A stretch of DNA of 42,134 nucleotides from Candidatus Methylomirabilia bacterium (GCA_041497895.1 JBGQHJ010000024.1:1-42134), one strand, 5' to 3'. Counted from the stretch's first letter, positions 1 to 9,658 are shown. The notes: generated by a model from the letters alone, not told the origin. Made by a program: numbers and translations.

Positions 1-527
1 AGCGGCAGCGTCACCCGCCGGAAGACGCGCCACGGCGTCGCCCCCAGGCTGGCCGCCGCCCGCTCGAGCGTGGGATCGAGGTTGCGCACGCTGACCCCCA
101 CCGAGCGCACCACGAACGGCAGCACCAGGGCCACGTGGGCCGCGATCAGCACGCTCCGGCTGCGCAGCAGCCCGAGCGCGGCCCCCACGATGAGGAAGCC
201 GAGCCCGGCCGCGACCCCGGGCACCACCAGCGGCGAGAGCAGGAGCGTGGCCCAGAGCGAGGCCGCGCGCGGCCGCCCACGGGCCAGGCCGAGCGCGGCC
301 GCGGTGCCGATGGGCATGGCCAGCGCCACCGCGCCCGCGGTGACCAGGACGCTGTTCCAGGCCGCGCGCTGGAACTGGGGATACGTGACCACGTTGACGT
401 ACCAGCGCAGCGACAGCCCGCTCGGCGGGAACGACAGGATCGCGGTCGGGTTGAACGACACCGCGACGACCACGACGGTCGGCAGGGTCATGAAGGCGAG
501 CAGGACCAGGACGGCCAGCCGGAGCAT
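1..527 (-). CDS. ABC transporter permease, PotC/CysW-like (3' end runs off the window)
   Basis: ATG at 527 overlaps the upstream TGA (TGATG). My translation begins MLRLAVLVLLAFMTLPTVVVVAVSFNPTAILSFPPSGLSLRWY, with an EAA-type loop (LERAAASLGATPW) near the window edge. Not in the ORF track because it is truncated. Confidence 0.9.
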   Translation of the reverse strand, partial: MLRLAVLVLLAFMTLPTVVVVAVSFNPTAILSFPPSGLSLRWYVNVVTYPQFQRAAWNSVLVTAGAVALAMPIGTAAALGLARGRPRAASLWATLLLSPLVVPGVAAGLGFLIVGAALGLLRSRSVLIAAHVALVLPFVVRSVGVSVRNLDPTLERAAASLGATPWRVFRRVTLP

Positions 528-1318
528 CAGGCGCCCCGGTCGGCCGGCGTGGTCAGCCGCCCGACCCCGGCGAGCAGGGCGAGCGTCACCAGGAGCGCCA
601 TCACCGCGAAGGCCGCGCCCCCGGGCCAGTTGAAGGAGTCCAGCGCCAGGTCGCGCACCACGTTGGCGATCATCTTGACCCGCCCACCGCCCAGCAGCTC
701 GGGGGTGGCGAAGGCGCTCAGCGTCCAGGCGAACACGATCACCGAGCCCGAGACGATGCCCGGCATGGAGAGCGGCAGCGTCACGCGCCGGAACACGCGG
801 CCGGGGCTCGCGCCCAGGCTGGCCGCGGCGCGCTCGTAGAGCGGGTCGATGTGGCTGATCGCGGCGGCCAGCAGCAGGATCATGGTCGGCATCGAAAAGT
901 GCACGAGGCCCACCAGCACGCCCCGCGGCGTGAACAGCATCGGCACCGGCCAGGTGACCACCGTGTTGCCCAGCACCAGCATCCAGGCGTAGGTCCGCAC
1001 GATGGCGCCGGTGAAGAACGGGGCCAGGGTCAGCACCAGGAGCGTCGAGCGCACGCGAGCCGAGGGCGTGCGCGCGAGCGCGTAGGCCACCGGGTAGGAG
1101 GCGACCAGGGTGAGCGCGGTGGTGGCCGCGCTCAGCAGCACGGTGTCCCACACCGCGCCCAGGTACTGCCGGCTCATGATGCCGGTGAAGTTGGCGACGG
1201 TCAGCCCTCCCGTCTGCAGCGACCCCGGCACGAACTCGAGCACGCTGTAGCGCAGCAGCGCGGAGAGCGCGGCCGCGAACACCGCGACGACGAGCAGGGC
1301 CGGGGTCAGGAGCCGCAC
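527..1318 (-). CDS. ABC transporter permease, PotB-like
   Basis: Hydrophobic 263 aa protein with VRTYAW and EAA loop YERAAASLGAS..VFRRVTLPLSMPG. Confidence 0.92.
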   Translation of the reverse strand: MRLLTPALLVVAVFAAALSALLRYSVLEFVPGSLQTGGLTVANFTGIMSRQYLGAVWDTVLLSAATTALTLVASYPVAYALARTPSARVRSTLLVLTLAPFFTGAIVRTYAWMLVLGNTVVTWPVPMLFTPRGVLVGLVHFSMPTMILLLAAAISHIDPLYERAAASLGASPGRVFRRVTLPLSMPGIVSGSVIVFAWTLSAFATPELLGGGRVKMIANVVRDLALDSFNWPGGAAFAVMALLVTLALLAGVGRLTTPADRGA

Positions 1319-1331
1319 CGCGTGTCCCGCG

Positions 1332-2357
1332 CTACTTGACGATGTTGGCGGTGAACCACTCGCGCCACGCCGGCAGGTTCTTGGCCCGCACCTCGTCGTT
1401 GATGCTGTAGGCGCGCTCCTTCCACTCCGCCGGGGTCAGGAAGATGCCCGGCTGGCCGTGGTAGGCGGCGGGCACGGTGGCCCTGCCGTTCACCGGGCCG
1501 GCCTTGAGCGCCTGCGCGAGCTCGGTCTGGATGCCCTTGGACAGCGCCAGGTCGATGAACTGATGCGCGGCGTCCGCCTTCTTGGTGCCGGCCATCACCG
1601 ACATGCAGTCGATCCCCACCACGCCCGGGTAGTCCTTGGGCTGGACCAGCTTCACCGCGATGCCCTGCTCCTGGAGGTGATACGCGTTGACCGAGAGCAT
1701 CACCTGCACCGGCGCCTGGCCGGTCTTCATCAGATCCTGACTCTGGGCGTCGGTCGAGTAGAAGGCCACGATGCTCGGCTTGAGCGCCTTGAGCCGCTCC
1801 TGGCCCTTCTGCCAGGTCGCCTCGTTGCCGCCCTCCATCAGGGCCGCGATCGTGATGATGTGCGAGGGGTCGAAGTCGGGCATCGCGATCTTGCCCTTGA
1901 GCGAAGGCTTCCAGAGATCCGACCACTTCGTGATCTCCTCCTTCACCAGGTCCGGGCGGTACACGATCGTGTACACGTAGCTCCAGCCGCCCATCTGGTA
2001 CTCGCTCCGCAGGGCCTCCCGCGCGACCTGCTTGGCGTTCGGGAGCTTGGCCATGTCGAGCGGGGCGAAGAGCCCGTCCGAGATGTAGAGCCGCCCCACG
2101 TGGCTCGTGGTGAACGTGAGATCCACGAGCGGGCTGCCCTTGGCCACCCGGGCCTTGGCCAAGCGATCGATGGTGCCCCCCACCTCGAACTCGACCGGCA
2201 CGCCGGTCTTGGCGGTGAACGCCTTCCCGATCACGCGCTCCACCGTGTCCTTCCAGTTGCCGCCCCACACGCTCACCACGAGCGAATTCTGGGCGTGGGC
2301 GGTCGCGACGGGCAGGCACAGGGCGAGCAGCGATGCGACGACGAGGCGGACGAGCAT
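1332..2357 (-). CDS. ABC transporter substrate-binding protein, PotD/PotF-like family
   Basis: Start reassigned to ATG 2357 (AGGAG RBS; signal peptide MLVRLVVASLLALCLPVATAHA). Contains SVWGG and ITKWSDLWKPSLKGKIA; adjacent to PotB/C-like permeases. Confidence 0.88.
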   Translation of the reverse strand: MLVRLVVASLLALCLPVATAHAQNSLVVSVWGGNWKDTVERVIGKAFTAKTGVPVEFEVGGTIDRLAKARVAKGSPLVDLTFTTSHVGRLYISDGLFAPLDMAKLPNAKQVAREALRSEYQMGGWSYVYTIVYRPDLVKEEITKWSDLWKPSLKGKIAMPDFDPSHIITIAALMEGGNEATWQKGQERLKALKPSIVAFYSTDAQSQDLMKTGQAPVQVMLSVNAYHLQEQGIAVKLVQPKDYPGVVGIDCMSVMAGTKKADAAHQFIDLALSKGIQTELAQALKAGPVNGRATVPAAYHGQPGIFLTPAEWKERAYSINDEVRAKNLPAWREWFTANIVK

Positions 2358-2367
2358 GGCGAGTCTC

Positions 2368-2868
2368 CTATTCCTTCCGAGGTGTGGAGCGGGGTATGGG
2401 CGGCGCGAGCGCCTGGGCGGCCGCCTCGATGGCCTCGACGATGAAGTGGTAGCCGGTGCAGCGGCAGAGGTGCCCGGCCAGCATCTCGCGGATCTCCTCG
2501 CGCGAGGGTGCGGGCCGCTCGCGGAGGAACGCACAGGCGCTCATGATGATCCCGGGAGTGCAGTAGCCGCACTGCAGACCGTGCTTGGCCCAGAAGGCCT
2601 CCTGCACCGGATGCAGGCCGTCGGCGGGGGCGACGCCCTCGATGGTGGTGATGCGCTGGCCGTCGGCCTGCACCGCCAGCATGAGGCAGGCGCGGATCGG
2701 CTCGCCGTCGAGCAGCACCGTGCACGCCCCGCACACGCCGTGCTCGCAGCCCACGTGGGTGCCGGTCAGATCGAGATCTTCTCGCAGGAAATCGGCCAGG
2801 GTCTGGCGTACCTCCACCGTGCGATCGTGCTCGTGGCCGTTGACGGTGACGCGGATCGGTCTGGTCAC
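2368..2868 (-). CDS. (2Fe-2S)-binding small subunit of a molybdenum hydroxylase (CoxS-like)
   Basis: GTG at 2868 overlaps the medium-subunit stop, with a GGAGG RBS. Motifs GCEHGVCGACT, QCGYCTPG and CRCTGY. Confidence 0.93.
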   Translation of the reverse strand: MTRPIRVTVNGHEHDRTVEVRQTLADFLREDLDLTGTHVGCEHGVCGACTVLLDGEPIRACLMLAVQADGQRITTIEGVAPADGLHPVQEAFWAKHGLQCGYCTPGIIMSACAFLRERPAPSREEIREMLAGHLCRCTGYHFIVEAIEAAAQALAPPIPRSTPRKE

Positions 2869-3734
2869 GTCGTACCTCCGCACCGCGCCAGCGCGGCGGT
2901 GAGCGTGCGCTCGGCCAGCGTGGCGGCGACCTGGCGCCGGTACGCCGCCGTGGCGTGGATGTCGCCGTCGGGCGAGAGCGTGGCGGCCGCCGCCCGCGCC
3001 GCCTCCGCGAGGAGCGCGGGGGTCGGCGCCTGCCCGGGGAGCGCCTGCTCGACCGGCAGGCCGCGCATCGGCGTGCCCCCGGCCCCGAAGAAGGCGAGGC
3101 GCGCGCGGGCAATGGCGCCGTCGGCCGCGCGCGTCAACACCGCCACCGCGCCCACCAGCGCGAAGTCGCCGTGGCGGCGGGAGACCTCCGCGAAGCCCCA
3201 GCCCGCGCCCGCCGCCGGCAGCGTGAAGCGCACCGCGGTGGCGAGCTCGTCGGCGGCGAGCGCGGTGGTGAGCGGCGCGCGGTAGAAGCGGTCGGCCGGG
3301 ATCATGCGCTCTCCGCGGGGGCCGCGGGCGACCACCACGCCCTCCAGGCACAGGAGGAGGGCCGGCAGCTCGGAGGCGGGATCGGCGTGAACCACGTTGC
3401 CCACCACGGTGCCGCGGTTGCGGATCGGCGGATGGGCCACCTGCCGGAGCACCTCGGCGAACAGCGGCGAGCGGGTGGCGGCCCAGCGCTCGAGCGCGCG
3501 CTGCCGGACGAGGGCGCCGATCTCGAGCATGCCCGAGGCCTCGCGGATGCCGTCGAGACCGGGCAGACGGTTGATGTCGACCAGCACCGTCGGCCGCGCC
3601 AGGCGGAGGGCCAGCATCGGGACGAGGCTCTGGCCACCCGCGAGCACCTTGGCGTCGCCGCCGCCGGTGGCCATGGCGGAAACGGCCTCGTCGAGGCTGG
3701 CCGGCGCCACGTAGTCGAACGGGGCGGGCTTCAC
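2865..3734 (-). CDS. FAD-binding medium subunit of a molybdenum hydroxylase (CoxM-like)
   Basis: GTG 3734 (VKPAPFDY) overlaps the large-subunit stop. Motifs LAGGQSL, IRNRGTVVGN, HADPASELP and RRHGDFA. Confidence 0.93.
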   Translation of the reverse strand: MKPAPFDYVAPASLDEAVSAMATGGGDAKVLAGGQSLVPMLALRLARPTVLVDINRLPGLDGIREASGMLEIGALVRQRALERWAATRSPLFAEVLRQVAHPPIRNRGTVVGNVVHADPASELPALLLCLEGVVVARGPRGERMIPADRFYRAPLTTALAADELATAVRFTLPAAGAGWGFAEVSRRHGDFALVGAVAVLTRAADGAIARARLAFFGAGGTPMRGLPVEQALPGQAPTPALLAEAARAAAATLSPDGDIHATAAYRRQVAATLAERTLTAALARCGGTT

Positions 3735-6067
3735 GCCTTCCCCAGCAGGCCCAGCACCACCGACGGGCCGAGCGGCGTCCGCGTCACCCGGACCTTCCAC
3801 GGCGCGAGCGCGTCCTCCACCGCGTTGGCGATGGCCGCGGGCGGCGAGATGGCGCCGCCCTCCCCGATGCCCTTGATGCCGAGCGGGTTGCGCGGCGAGG
3901 GGTACTCCAGGTGAACCGTCTCGATGGCGGGCAGCTCCATCGCGGTGGGCACGAGGTAGTCCATGAAGGTCCCGGTCAGGAGCTGCGCCTGCTCGTCGTA
4001 GACCATCTCCTCGAGCAGACCGCCGCCCACGCCCTGCGCCACCCCGCCGTGGATCTGACCCTCCACGATGACCGGGTTGATCACCTTGCCGCAGTCGTGC
4101 GCGACCAGGTAGCGGCGAAGGGCCACCGCGCCGGTCCCGGTGTCGACGTCCACCACCGCCACGTGCACCGCGCTCGTGTAGGTCACGGTGGGCTGATGGT
4201 GGTAGACGGTGGCCTCGAAGTCGAGCGCGGTCACCCCGGGCTTGGCGAAGGTAGGGATCGCGGCCCGGATCACGGCGGCCAGCGGCGTGACCGAGCCGGG
4301 CGCCCCCCGCACCGCGACCGTGCCGTCGCTCACCTCGATGTCGGCGGGAGCGGCCTCGAGCAGGGCCGCCGCCGCCGCGACGATCTTCTCCTTCACCCGG
4401 CCGGAGGCCTCGTGGATCGAGCTACCCGCGTTGACCGCGCTGCGCGAGGCGAAGGTGCCGACGCCGAACGGGATGGCGGCGGTGTCGCCGCCCACCACCG
4501 TCACCCAGTCGAGCGGGATGCCGAGCGCGTCCGCCGCGATCTGGGCGAACGACGTCTCGTGCCCCTGCCCCTGGCAGCAGGCGCCGGTGGCCACCACCGC
4601 GTGGCCCGATGGGTCGAGCCGGACGGTGGCGCCCTCGTAGGGCCCGATCGCGGTGCCCTCCACGTAGCCCGAGATGCCGATGCCGCGGTGGATGCCCCGC
4701 TCGCGCAGGCGGGCCTGCTCGGCCCGCAGGGCCGGATAGTCCACCGCACCGAGCGCCGCCTCGAGCCCAGCCCGGAAATCACCGCTGTCGTACACCAGCG
4801 GGTTGCCGTCGCGGTACGGGATGTGAAGCTCGTACGGCATGTCCGCCTCGGTCAGGTAGTTGCGCCGTCGAAGCTCGGCCGGATCCATCGCGAGCTCGCG
4901 GGCGAGGCAGTCGACGATGCGGTCCATGGCAAACACGGTCTCGGGGCGGCCGGCACCCCGATAGGGCGCGTTCGGCGTCTTGGTGGTGACCACGCCGCGG
5001 CACTCCACGTCGAGAGTCGGCACCCGGTGCGGGCCGAGCAGGTGCGCCACCGTGTTGTACGGCAGCACGATGCCCCACGAGTTGTAGGCGCCGAGATCTA
5101 CCCAGATGCGATCGCGCACCGCGAGCAGGGTCCCGTCGCGCCGGGCCGCGATCTCGATGTCGTGCACCTGCCCCCGCGCGTGGGCCGAGCCCATCATGTG
5201 CTCGCGCCGGTCCTCGGTCCACTTCACCGGACGGCGCGACGCGATGGCCGCGGCGGGGATCAGCAGGTCCTCCGGGTAGCCGTTGGCCTTGGTGCCGAAG
5301 CCGCCGCCCACGTCGGGGGCCATCACGCGGATCTTGTGGGGCGGCAGGCCGAGTGCCGCGACCAGGCCCTGCTGGACGAAGTGGACCACCTGGGTGCCGT
5401 TCCATGTGCTCAGCGTGCCGTCGCGCGCATCCCACTGGGCCACCACCCCGCGGGTCTCGATCGGCATGCCGACGTAGCGGGGAATGACGAACCGCTCGCG
5501 CACCCGGGCGTCGGCCTGGCGCAGCGCGGCCTCCACGTCACCGAAGCCGGTCTTGAACGAGAGCGCGATGTTGTCGCCCCACTCGGGGTAGAGCACCGGC
5601 GCGCCCGGCTCCGCGGCGGCCAGCACGTCCGCCAGCACCGGCAGGGGCTCGTAGTCCACCTCGATCAGCTCGCAGCCGTCCTCGGCCACCGCGCGGCTTC
5701 CGGCCAGCACCATGGCGACGATCTCGCCCACGTGGCGCACCTCGTCGCGGCACATTGCGAGCTGCCCGATCTGCCGCATCGTCACCGCGACCCGGGCCGA
5801 GAGTCCCGGCGGGATCGCGCCGAAGAGCGGCAGCGGCTTCATCCAGCGCTCGAGATCGGCGAACGCGAACACGTGCGCCACTCCCCGCAGGCGCTTCGCG
5901 GCCTCGGTGCGGATCGCGGTGATGCGGGCGTGGGCGTAGGGGCTGCGCACGAAGGCCGCGTGCAGCATGCCGGGCAGCTTGATGTCGTCCACGAAGCGGC
6001 CCTCGCCACGCAGGTAGCGCGGGTCTTCCTTGCGGCGAACCGAGGCTCCGAAGTACTTGGCGCCCAT
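3731..6067 (-). CDS. Xanthine dehydrogenase family molybdopterin-binding large subunit (CoxL form II-like)
   Basis: 778 aa with RKEDPRYLRG, VGGGFGTK, PYRGAGRPE, QGQGHET, QIHGGVAQG and KGIGE. Lacks the form I CODH motif AYxCSFR. Confidence 0.93.
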   Translation of the reverse strand: MGAKYFGASVRRKEDPRYLRGEGRFVDDIKLPGMLHAAFVRSPYAHARITAIRTEAAKRLRGVAHVFAFADLERWMKPLPLFGAIPPGLSARVAVTMRQIGQLAMCRDEVRHVGEIVAMVLAGSRAVAEDGCELIEVDYEPLPVLADVLAAAEPGAPVLYPEWGDNIALSFKTGFGDVEAALRQADARVRERFVIPRYVGMPIETRGVVAQWDARDGTLSTWNGTQVVHFVQQGLVAALGLPPHKIRVMAPDVGGGFGTKANGYPEDLLIPAAAIASRRPVKWTEDRREHMMGSAHARGQVHDIEIAARRDGTLLAVRDRIWVDLGAYNSWGIVLPYNTVAHLLGPHRVPTLDVECRGVVTTKTPNAPYRGAGRPETVFAMDRIVDCLARELAMDPAELRRRNYLTEADMPYELHIPYRDGNPLVYDSGDFRAGLEAALGAVDYPALRAEQARLRERGIHRGIGISGYVEGTAIGPYEGATVRLDPSGHAVVATGACCQGQGHETSFAQIAADALGIPLDWVTVVGGDTAAIPFGVGTFASRSAVNAGSSIHEASGRVKEKIVAAAAALLEAAPADIEVSDGTVAVRGAPGSVTPLAAVIRAAIPTFAKPGVTALDFEATVYHHQPTVTYTSAVHVAVVDVDTGTGAVALRRYLVAHDCGKVINPVIVEGQIHGGVAQGVGGGLLEEMVYDEQAQLLTGTFMDYLVPTAMELPAIETVHLEYPSPRNPLGIKGIGEGGAISPPAAIANAVEDALAPWKVRVTRTPLGPSVVLGLLGKA

Positions 6068-6102
6068 CTCAGCAGCGATCTCGTTTGGGGTCCTGCGGAC
6101 TA

Positions 6103-6357
6103 CCGTTTAGTTCTTCAGAGCTCTTCATCTGCGGGGGCCCCGAAATGGCCCCCGCACTCCCCCAGTCGGCGGACAACCGTCTTCCCCTGGCCCCCGCACT
6201 CCCCCAGTCGGCGGACAACCGTCTTCCCCTGCCCCCCGCACTCCCCCAGTCGGCGGACAACCGTCTTCCCCTGCCCCCCGCACTCCCCCACTCGGCGGAC
6301 AACCGTCTTCCCCTGCCCCCCGCACTCCCCCGGTCGGCGGACAACCGTCTTCCCCTC
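6103..6357 (-). repeat. Palindromic intergenic element plus 5 x 42-bp tandem array (units start at 6148, 6190, 6232, 6274, 6316)
   Basis: Near-identical units (G/C)CCCCCGCACTCCCCCAGTCGGCGGACAACCGTCTTCCCCTG. The first unit completes the hairpin TGCGGGGGCC-CCGAAAT-GGCCCCCGCA. Homologous to 15577-15727 in reverse orientation. Confidence 0.95.
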
Positions 6358-6365
6358 GCCATTGT

Positions 6366-7070
6366 TCAGCCTCCCAGATAGGCCTTCTTCACGTGGTCGT
6401 TCTGCATCAGGTCCTTCGCGGGGCCTTCGAGCGTGATGCGACCCGTCTCCATGACGTAGGCGCGGCCGGCGAGCTGCAGCGCCATGTAGGCGTTCTGCTC
6501 CACCATCAGCACCGTGGTGCCCTCGCGCTGGATGCCGGCAATGATCTGGAACACGGCCTCGGTCACGGTCGGAGCCAGGCCGAGCGAGGGCTCGTCGAAC
6601 AGGATCAGCCGCGGACGGGCCATGAGGCAGCGGCCGATCGCCAGCATCTGCTGCTCGCCCCCCGAGAGCGTACCCGCCGCCTGACCCCGTCGCTCGGCCA
6701 GGATCGGGAAGTGGCCAAACACCCGCTCGCGGTCCTCCGCCACCGCCGCGCCGTCTGAGCGCACGTAGGCGCCCATCAGGAGGTTCTCCTCCACCGTCAT
6801 GTGCGGGAACACCCGTCGGCCCTCCGGGCAGTGGGCGATGCCCCGGCGGAGGATGTCCTGGGGCGCCAGGCGCTGGATCTCCTGCCCGTCGAACACGATG
6901 CGCCCGGCCCCCGTCCGCACCAGGCCCGAGATCGTCTTGAGCGTCGTGGTCTTGCCGGCGCCGTTGGCCCCGATGAGACAGACGAACTCGGCCGCGCCCA
7001 CGGTGAGCGAGACGTCGTGGAGCGCGGCGATGCGCCCGTAGCCCGCGGCCACCCGCTCAAGCGTGAGCAT
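6366..7070 (-). CDS. livF: Branched-chain amino acid-type ABC transporter ATP-binding protein
   Basis: Walker A GANGAGKT, CPEGRRVF, LSGGEQQM, DEPSLGLAP, C-terminal AYLGG. Confidence 0.93.
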   Translation of the reverse strand: MLTLERVAAGYGRIAALHDVSLTVGAAEFVCLIGANGAGKTTTLKTISGLVRTGAGRIVFDGQEIQRLAPQDILRRGIAHCPEGRRVFPHMTVEENLLMGAYVRSDGAAVAEDRERVFGHFPILAERRGQAAGTLSGGEQQMLAIGRCLMARPRLILFDEPSLGLAPTVTEAVFQIIAGIQREGTTVLMVEQNAYMALQLAGRAYVMETGRITLEGPAKDLMQNDHVKKAYLGG

Positions 7071-7827
7071 GGGCTCCCGATCCGAGATAGGCGCGGATGA
7101 CCTCGGGGTCGCGCTGCACCGCGGCCGGGTCGCCGTCGGCGATGAGCCGACCGTAGTTGAGCACCAGCACGCGATCCGAGATGCCCATGACCAGGCGCAT
7201 GTCGTGCTCCACCAGGAATACCGTGATGCCCTGCTCGCGGATGCGGCCGATCAGGGCCGCCACCGCGACCTTCTCCGAGGCGGTCATGCCCGAGGCGGGC
7301 TCGTCGAGCAGGAGCAGGCGCGGGCCCGCGGCCAGCGCCACCCCCAGCTCGAGCAGACGCTGGTCGCCGTAGGACAGGCCGCTCGCCGGCTCGGCGCGGC
7401 GCGGGCCGAGCCCGACGAAGTCGATCACGCGATCGGCCTCCGCCTCGAGCCGCCGCTCCTCCGCGCGGACGCGACCGCGGGCCAGCAGGGCGGCGCCCAC
7501 GCCGACCCGCCCGCGCAGGTGAAGCCCGGTCAGCACGTTCTCCCGCACCGTGAGCCCGGGGAACACGCTCGTCTTCTGGAAGGTGCGCACCAGGCCGCGC
7601 GCCGCGATGCGATGGGGCCGCCAGCCGGTGATGGGCTCGCCGTCGTGCCGTACCGTCCCCTGCGTCGGCCGCTGGAAGCCGGTGATGACGTTGAAGGCGG
7701 TGGTCTTCCCGGCGCCGTTGGGCCCGATCAGGCTGGTCACGGTCCCGGGCGCGACCGTGAAGCTCACGCCCGCGAGCGCGGCGACGCCGCCGAATCGCAC
7801 GGTGAGGTCGCGGGCCTCGAGGGTCAC
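7057..7827 (-). CDS. livG: Branched-chain amino acid-type ABC transporter ATP-binding protein
   Basis: GTG 7827 overlaps the livM stop. Motifs GPNGAGKTT, RTFQ, LSYGDQR, LLDEPASG, VEHDM and VIRAYLG. Confidence 0.92.
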   Translation of the reverse strand: MTLEARDLTVRFGGVAALAGVSFTVAPGTVTSLIGPNGAGKTTAFNVITGFQRPTQGTVRHDGEPITGWRPHRIAARGLVRTFQKTSVFPGLTVRENVLTGLHLRGRVGVGAALLARGRVRAEERRLEAEADRVIDFVGLGPRRAEPASGLSYGDQRLLELGVALAAGPRLLLLDEPASGMTASEKVAVAALIGRIREQGITVFLVEHDMRLVMGISDRVLVLNYGRLIADGDPAAVQRDPEVIRAYLGSGAHAHA

Positions 7828-8789
7828 GACGCGCGGGAGCGGCGCCGCGCGGCGAACCCGGCCGACCGCAGGGCCGGCACGATCCCCTCGGGCATGAAGA
7901 AGAGCACGCCGACGAGCAGCACCCCGTAGAGCAGCATCTGCCACTGCCAGGAGGTGGCGGCGCGCAGCGCCTCGGGCAGCACCGTGAAGAGCACCGCGCC
8001 CACGATGGGGCCGGCCAGCGTCCCCTTCCCGCCCGCCACCACCATGATCACCATGGTGACGGTGTAGGTGAAGAGAAAGACCTCCGGGCTCACGAAGCGC
8101 GTGTAGTGCGCGTAGAGACCGCCACCGAACCCGGCCATCGCCGCGCTGACCACCGCGGCCAGCACCAGGTAGTGCGTGCCGTCGATGCCCACCGAGGCGG
8201 CCAGCGTCTCGTTCTCCCGCAGCGCGACCAGCGCGCGCCCGACCCGCGACCGGATCAGGGCCAGGCACACCAGGTACGAGAGCGCGACCGCGCTCAGCAC
8301 CACGTAATAGAAGGCGGGCTTGGTACGCAGCGACAGCGCGGGCAGCCCGGGCAGCGCGATCTCGAGCGGAGGCACGCCGGGCAGGCCGAGCGGGCCGTTG
8401 GTGAGATCCATCCAGTTCACGCTCACCAGCGACACGCAGCCCGCGAACGAGATCGTCAGCAGCACGAAGTAGGCGCCGCGCAGCTTGAGGGCGAGGCGCC
8501 CGATCACGTAGCCCGCCGCCCCCGGCAGCACGACCGCGGCGAGGAGCCCGATCCAGGGCGACCACTCCAGCTTCACGGTGAGGAGCCCGGTGGCGTAGGC
8601 GCCGATGCCGAAGAACGCGGCGTGACCGAGCGAGAGCTGCCCGGTGTAGCCCAGCAGCAGGTTCAGGCTGAGCGCGAGGACCGCGAAGATGCCGGCCATG
8701 ATCAGGGTGTGCAGGTGGTACGGGTTCCAGACCCAGGCGGGCGCGGTCGCCGCCATCGCCAGCGCGAGCACCAGCGCGGCCCGGCTCAT
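7824..8789 (-). CDS. livM: Branched-chain amino acid-type ABC transporter permease
   Basis: LNLLLGYTGQLSLGHAAFFGIGAY, TNGPLG and GGKGTLAGP. Confidence 0.92.
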   Translation of the reverse strand: MSRAALVLALAMAATAPAWVWNPYHLHTLIMAGIFAVLALSLNLLLGYTGQLSLGHAAFFGIGAYATGLLTVKLEWSPWIGLLAAVVLPGAAGYVIGRLALKLRGAYFVLLTISFAGCVSLVSVNWMDLTNGPLGLPGVPPLEIALPGLPALSLRTKPAFYYVVLSAVALSYLVCLALIRSRVGRALVALRENETLAASVGIDGTHYLVLAAVVSAAMAGFGGGLYAHYTRFVSPEVFLFTYTVTMVIMVVAGGKGTLAGPIVGAVLFTVLPEALRAATSWQWQMLLYGVLLVGVLFFMPEGIVPALRSAGFAARRRSRAS

Positions 8790-9658
8790 CCGACCCGCTC
8801 GGCGCGGGCGAAGAGCCCGGAGGGACGCAGCAGCAGCACCGCCACGATCATGAGGAAGCCCACCGCGTCGCGATATCCGGAGGACACGTAGCCCGCGCCG
8901 AGCTCCTCGGCCACCCCCAGGACCAGGCCACCCAGCGCGGCGCCCGCGAAGTTGCCGAGCCCGCCCAGGATGACCACCGAGAAGGCCTTGAGCGAGGCGA
9001 GATCGCCCATCGAGGGATAGAGCAGGAACACCGGGCCCAGGAGCGCCCCCGCCGCCGCGGCCAGCCCGGCCCCGAACGCGAAGGTGATGGTGTGGATGCG
9101 CTCGATGCTCACGCCCATGAGGGCGGCGATCTCGCGATCTTGGAAGGTGGCCCGCATCGCGCGGCCGAGCTTGGTGCGGGCGAGCAGGAGGTGGGCGCCC
9201 AGGATGAGGCCACCCGACACCACGAAGACGAAGACGCGCAGGGGGGCCACCGAGACCGGCCCCAGCACCAGCGGCCGGGTCGGGAACGGCGTCGGCACGC
9301 TCTTGGCGACCCCGCCCCAGCCGAGCAGCTCCGCGTTCTGCATGGTGATCCAGACCCCGATCATGACCAGCATGACCGTGTCGATCGACTGGCCCCGGAG
9401 CGGGCGCAGCAGGCAGCGCTCGCAGACCGCGCCGGCCAGCGCGCCCGCCCCGATGGCGAGCGGGATCGCGAGGAAGAAGTGGACGGACGCGAGCGAGAGC
9501 GCCGCGAACGCGGCGTAGGCCCCCAGCGTGTAGAACTCGCCGTGGGCGAAGTTCACCACGTTCATCAGGCCGAACACCAGCGTGAGGCCGATCCCGAGCA
9601 GGCTGTAGGTGGCTCCCAGCAGCAGCCCGTTCAGCAGATGCTGGAGAAGCTGGTCCAA
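8786..9658 (-). CDS. livH: Branched-chain amino acid-type ABC transporter permease
   Basis: GLTLVFGLMNVVNFAHGE, GRAMRA, ILGGLGN and LRPSGLF. TTG start. Confidence 0.92.
   Translation of the reverse strand: MDQLLQHLLNGLLLGATYSLLGIGLTLVFGLMNVVNFAHGEFYTLGAYAAFAALSLASVHFFLAIPLAIGAGALAGAVCERCLLRPLRGQSIDTVMLVMIGVWITMQNAELLGWGGVAKSVPTPFPTRPLVLGPVSVAPLRVFVFVVSGGLILGAHLLLARTKLGRAMRATFQDREIAALMGVSIERIHTITFAFGAGLAAAAGALLGPVFLLYPSMGDLASLKAFSVVILGGLGNFAGAALGGLVLGVAEELGAGYVSSGYRDAVGFLMIVAVLLLRPSGLFARAERVG

Noticed and set aside
3731..6067. Aerobic form I CO dehydrogenase
   Set aside because: It lacks AYxCSFR, the M-S-L order and the cox accessory genes.
6120..6126. GCTCTTC (SapI-type site) in each full repeat copy as a sign of synthetic cloning scars
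   Set aside because: The site is part of a naturally diverged repeat, and there are no vector or marker sequences.
6148..6357. CRISPR array
   Set aside because: The units are contiguous and near-identical with no unique spacers, and there are no cas genes in the window.
6069..6381. Repeat-peptide ORFs (e.g. PPALPQSADNRLPL repeats) on both strands
   Set aside because: They are open only because the 42-bp unit has no stops. There is no RBS, and the same DNA occurs as a non-coding element at 15.6 kb.
3911..6436. Long antisense or off-frame ORFs (this 841-aa ORF; also 23490-25178, 25111-27009, 27155-28609, 36784-38262, 38298-39737)
   Set aside because: They are shadow ORFs of high-GC genes, with no recognisable motifs, overlapping well-supported CDS.
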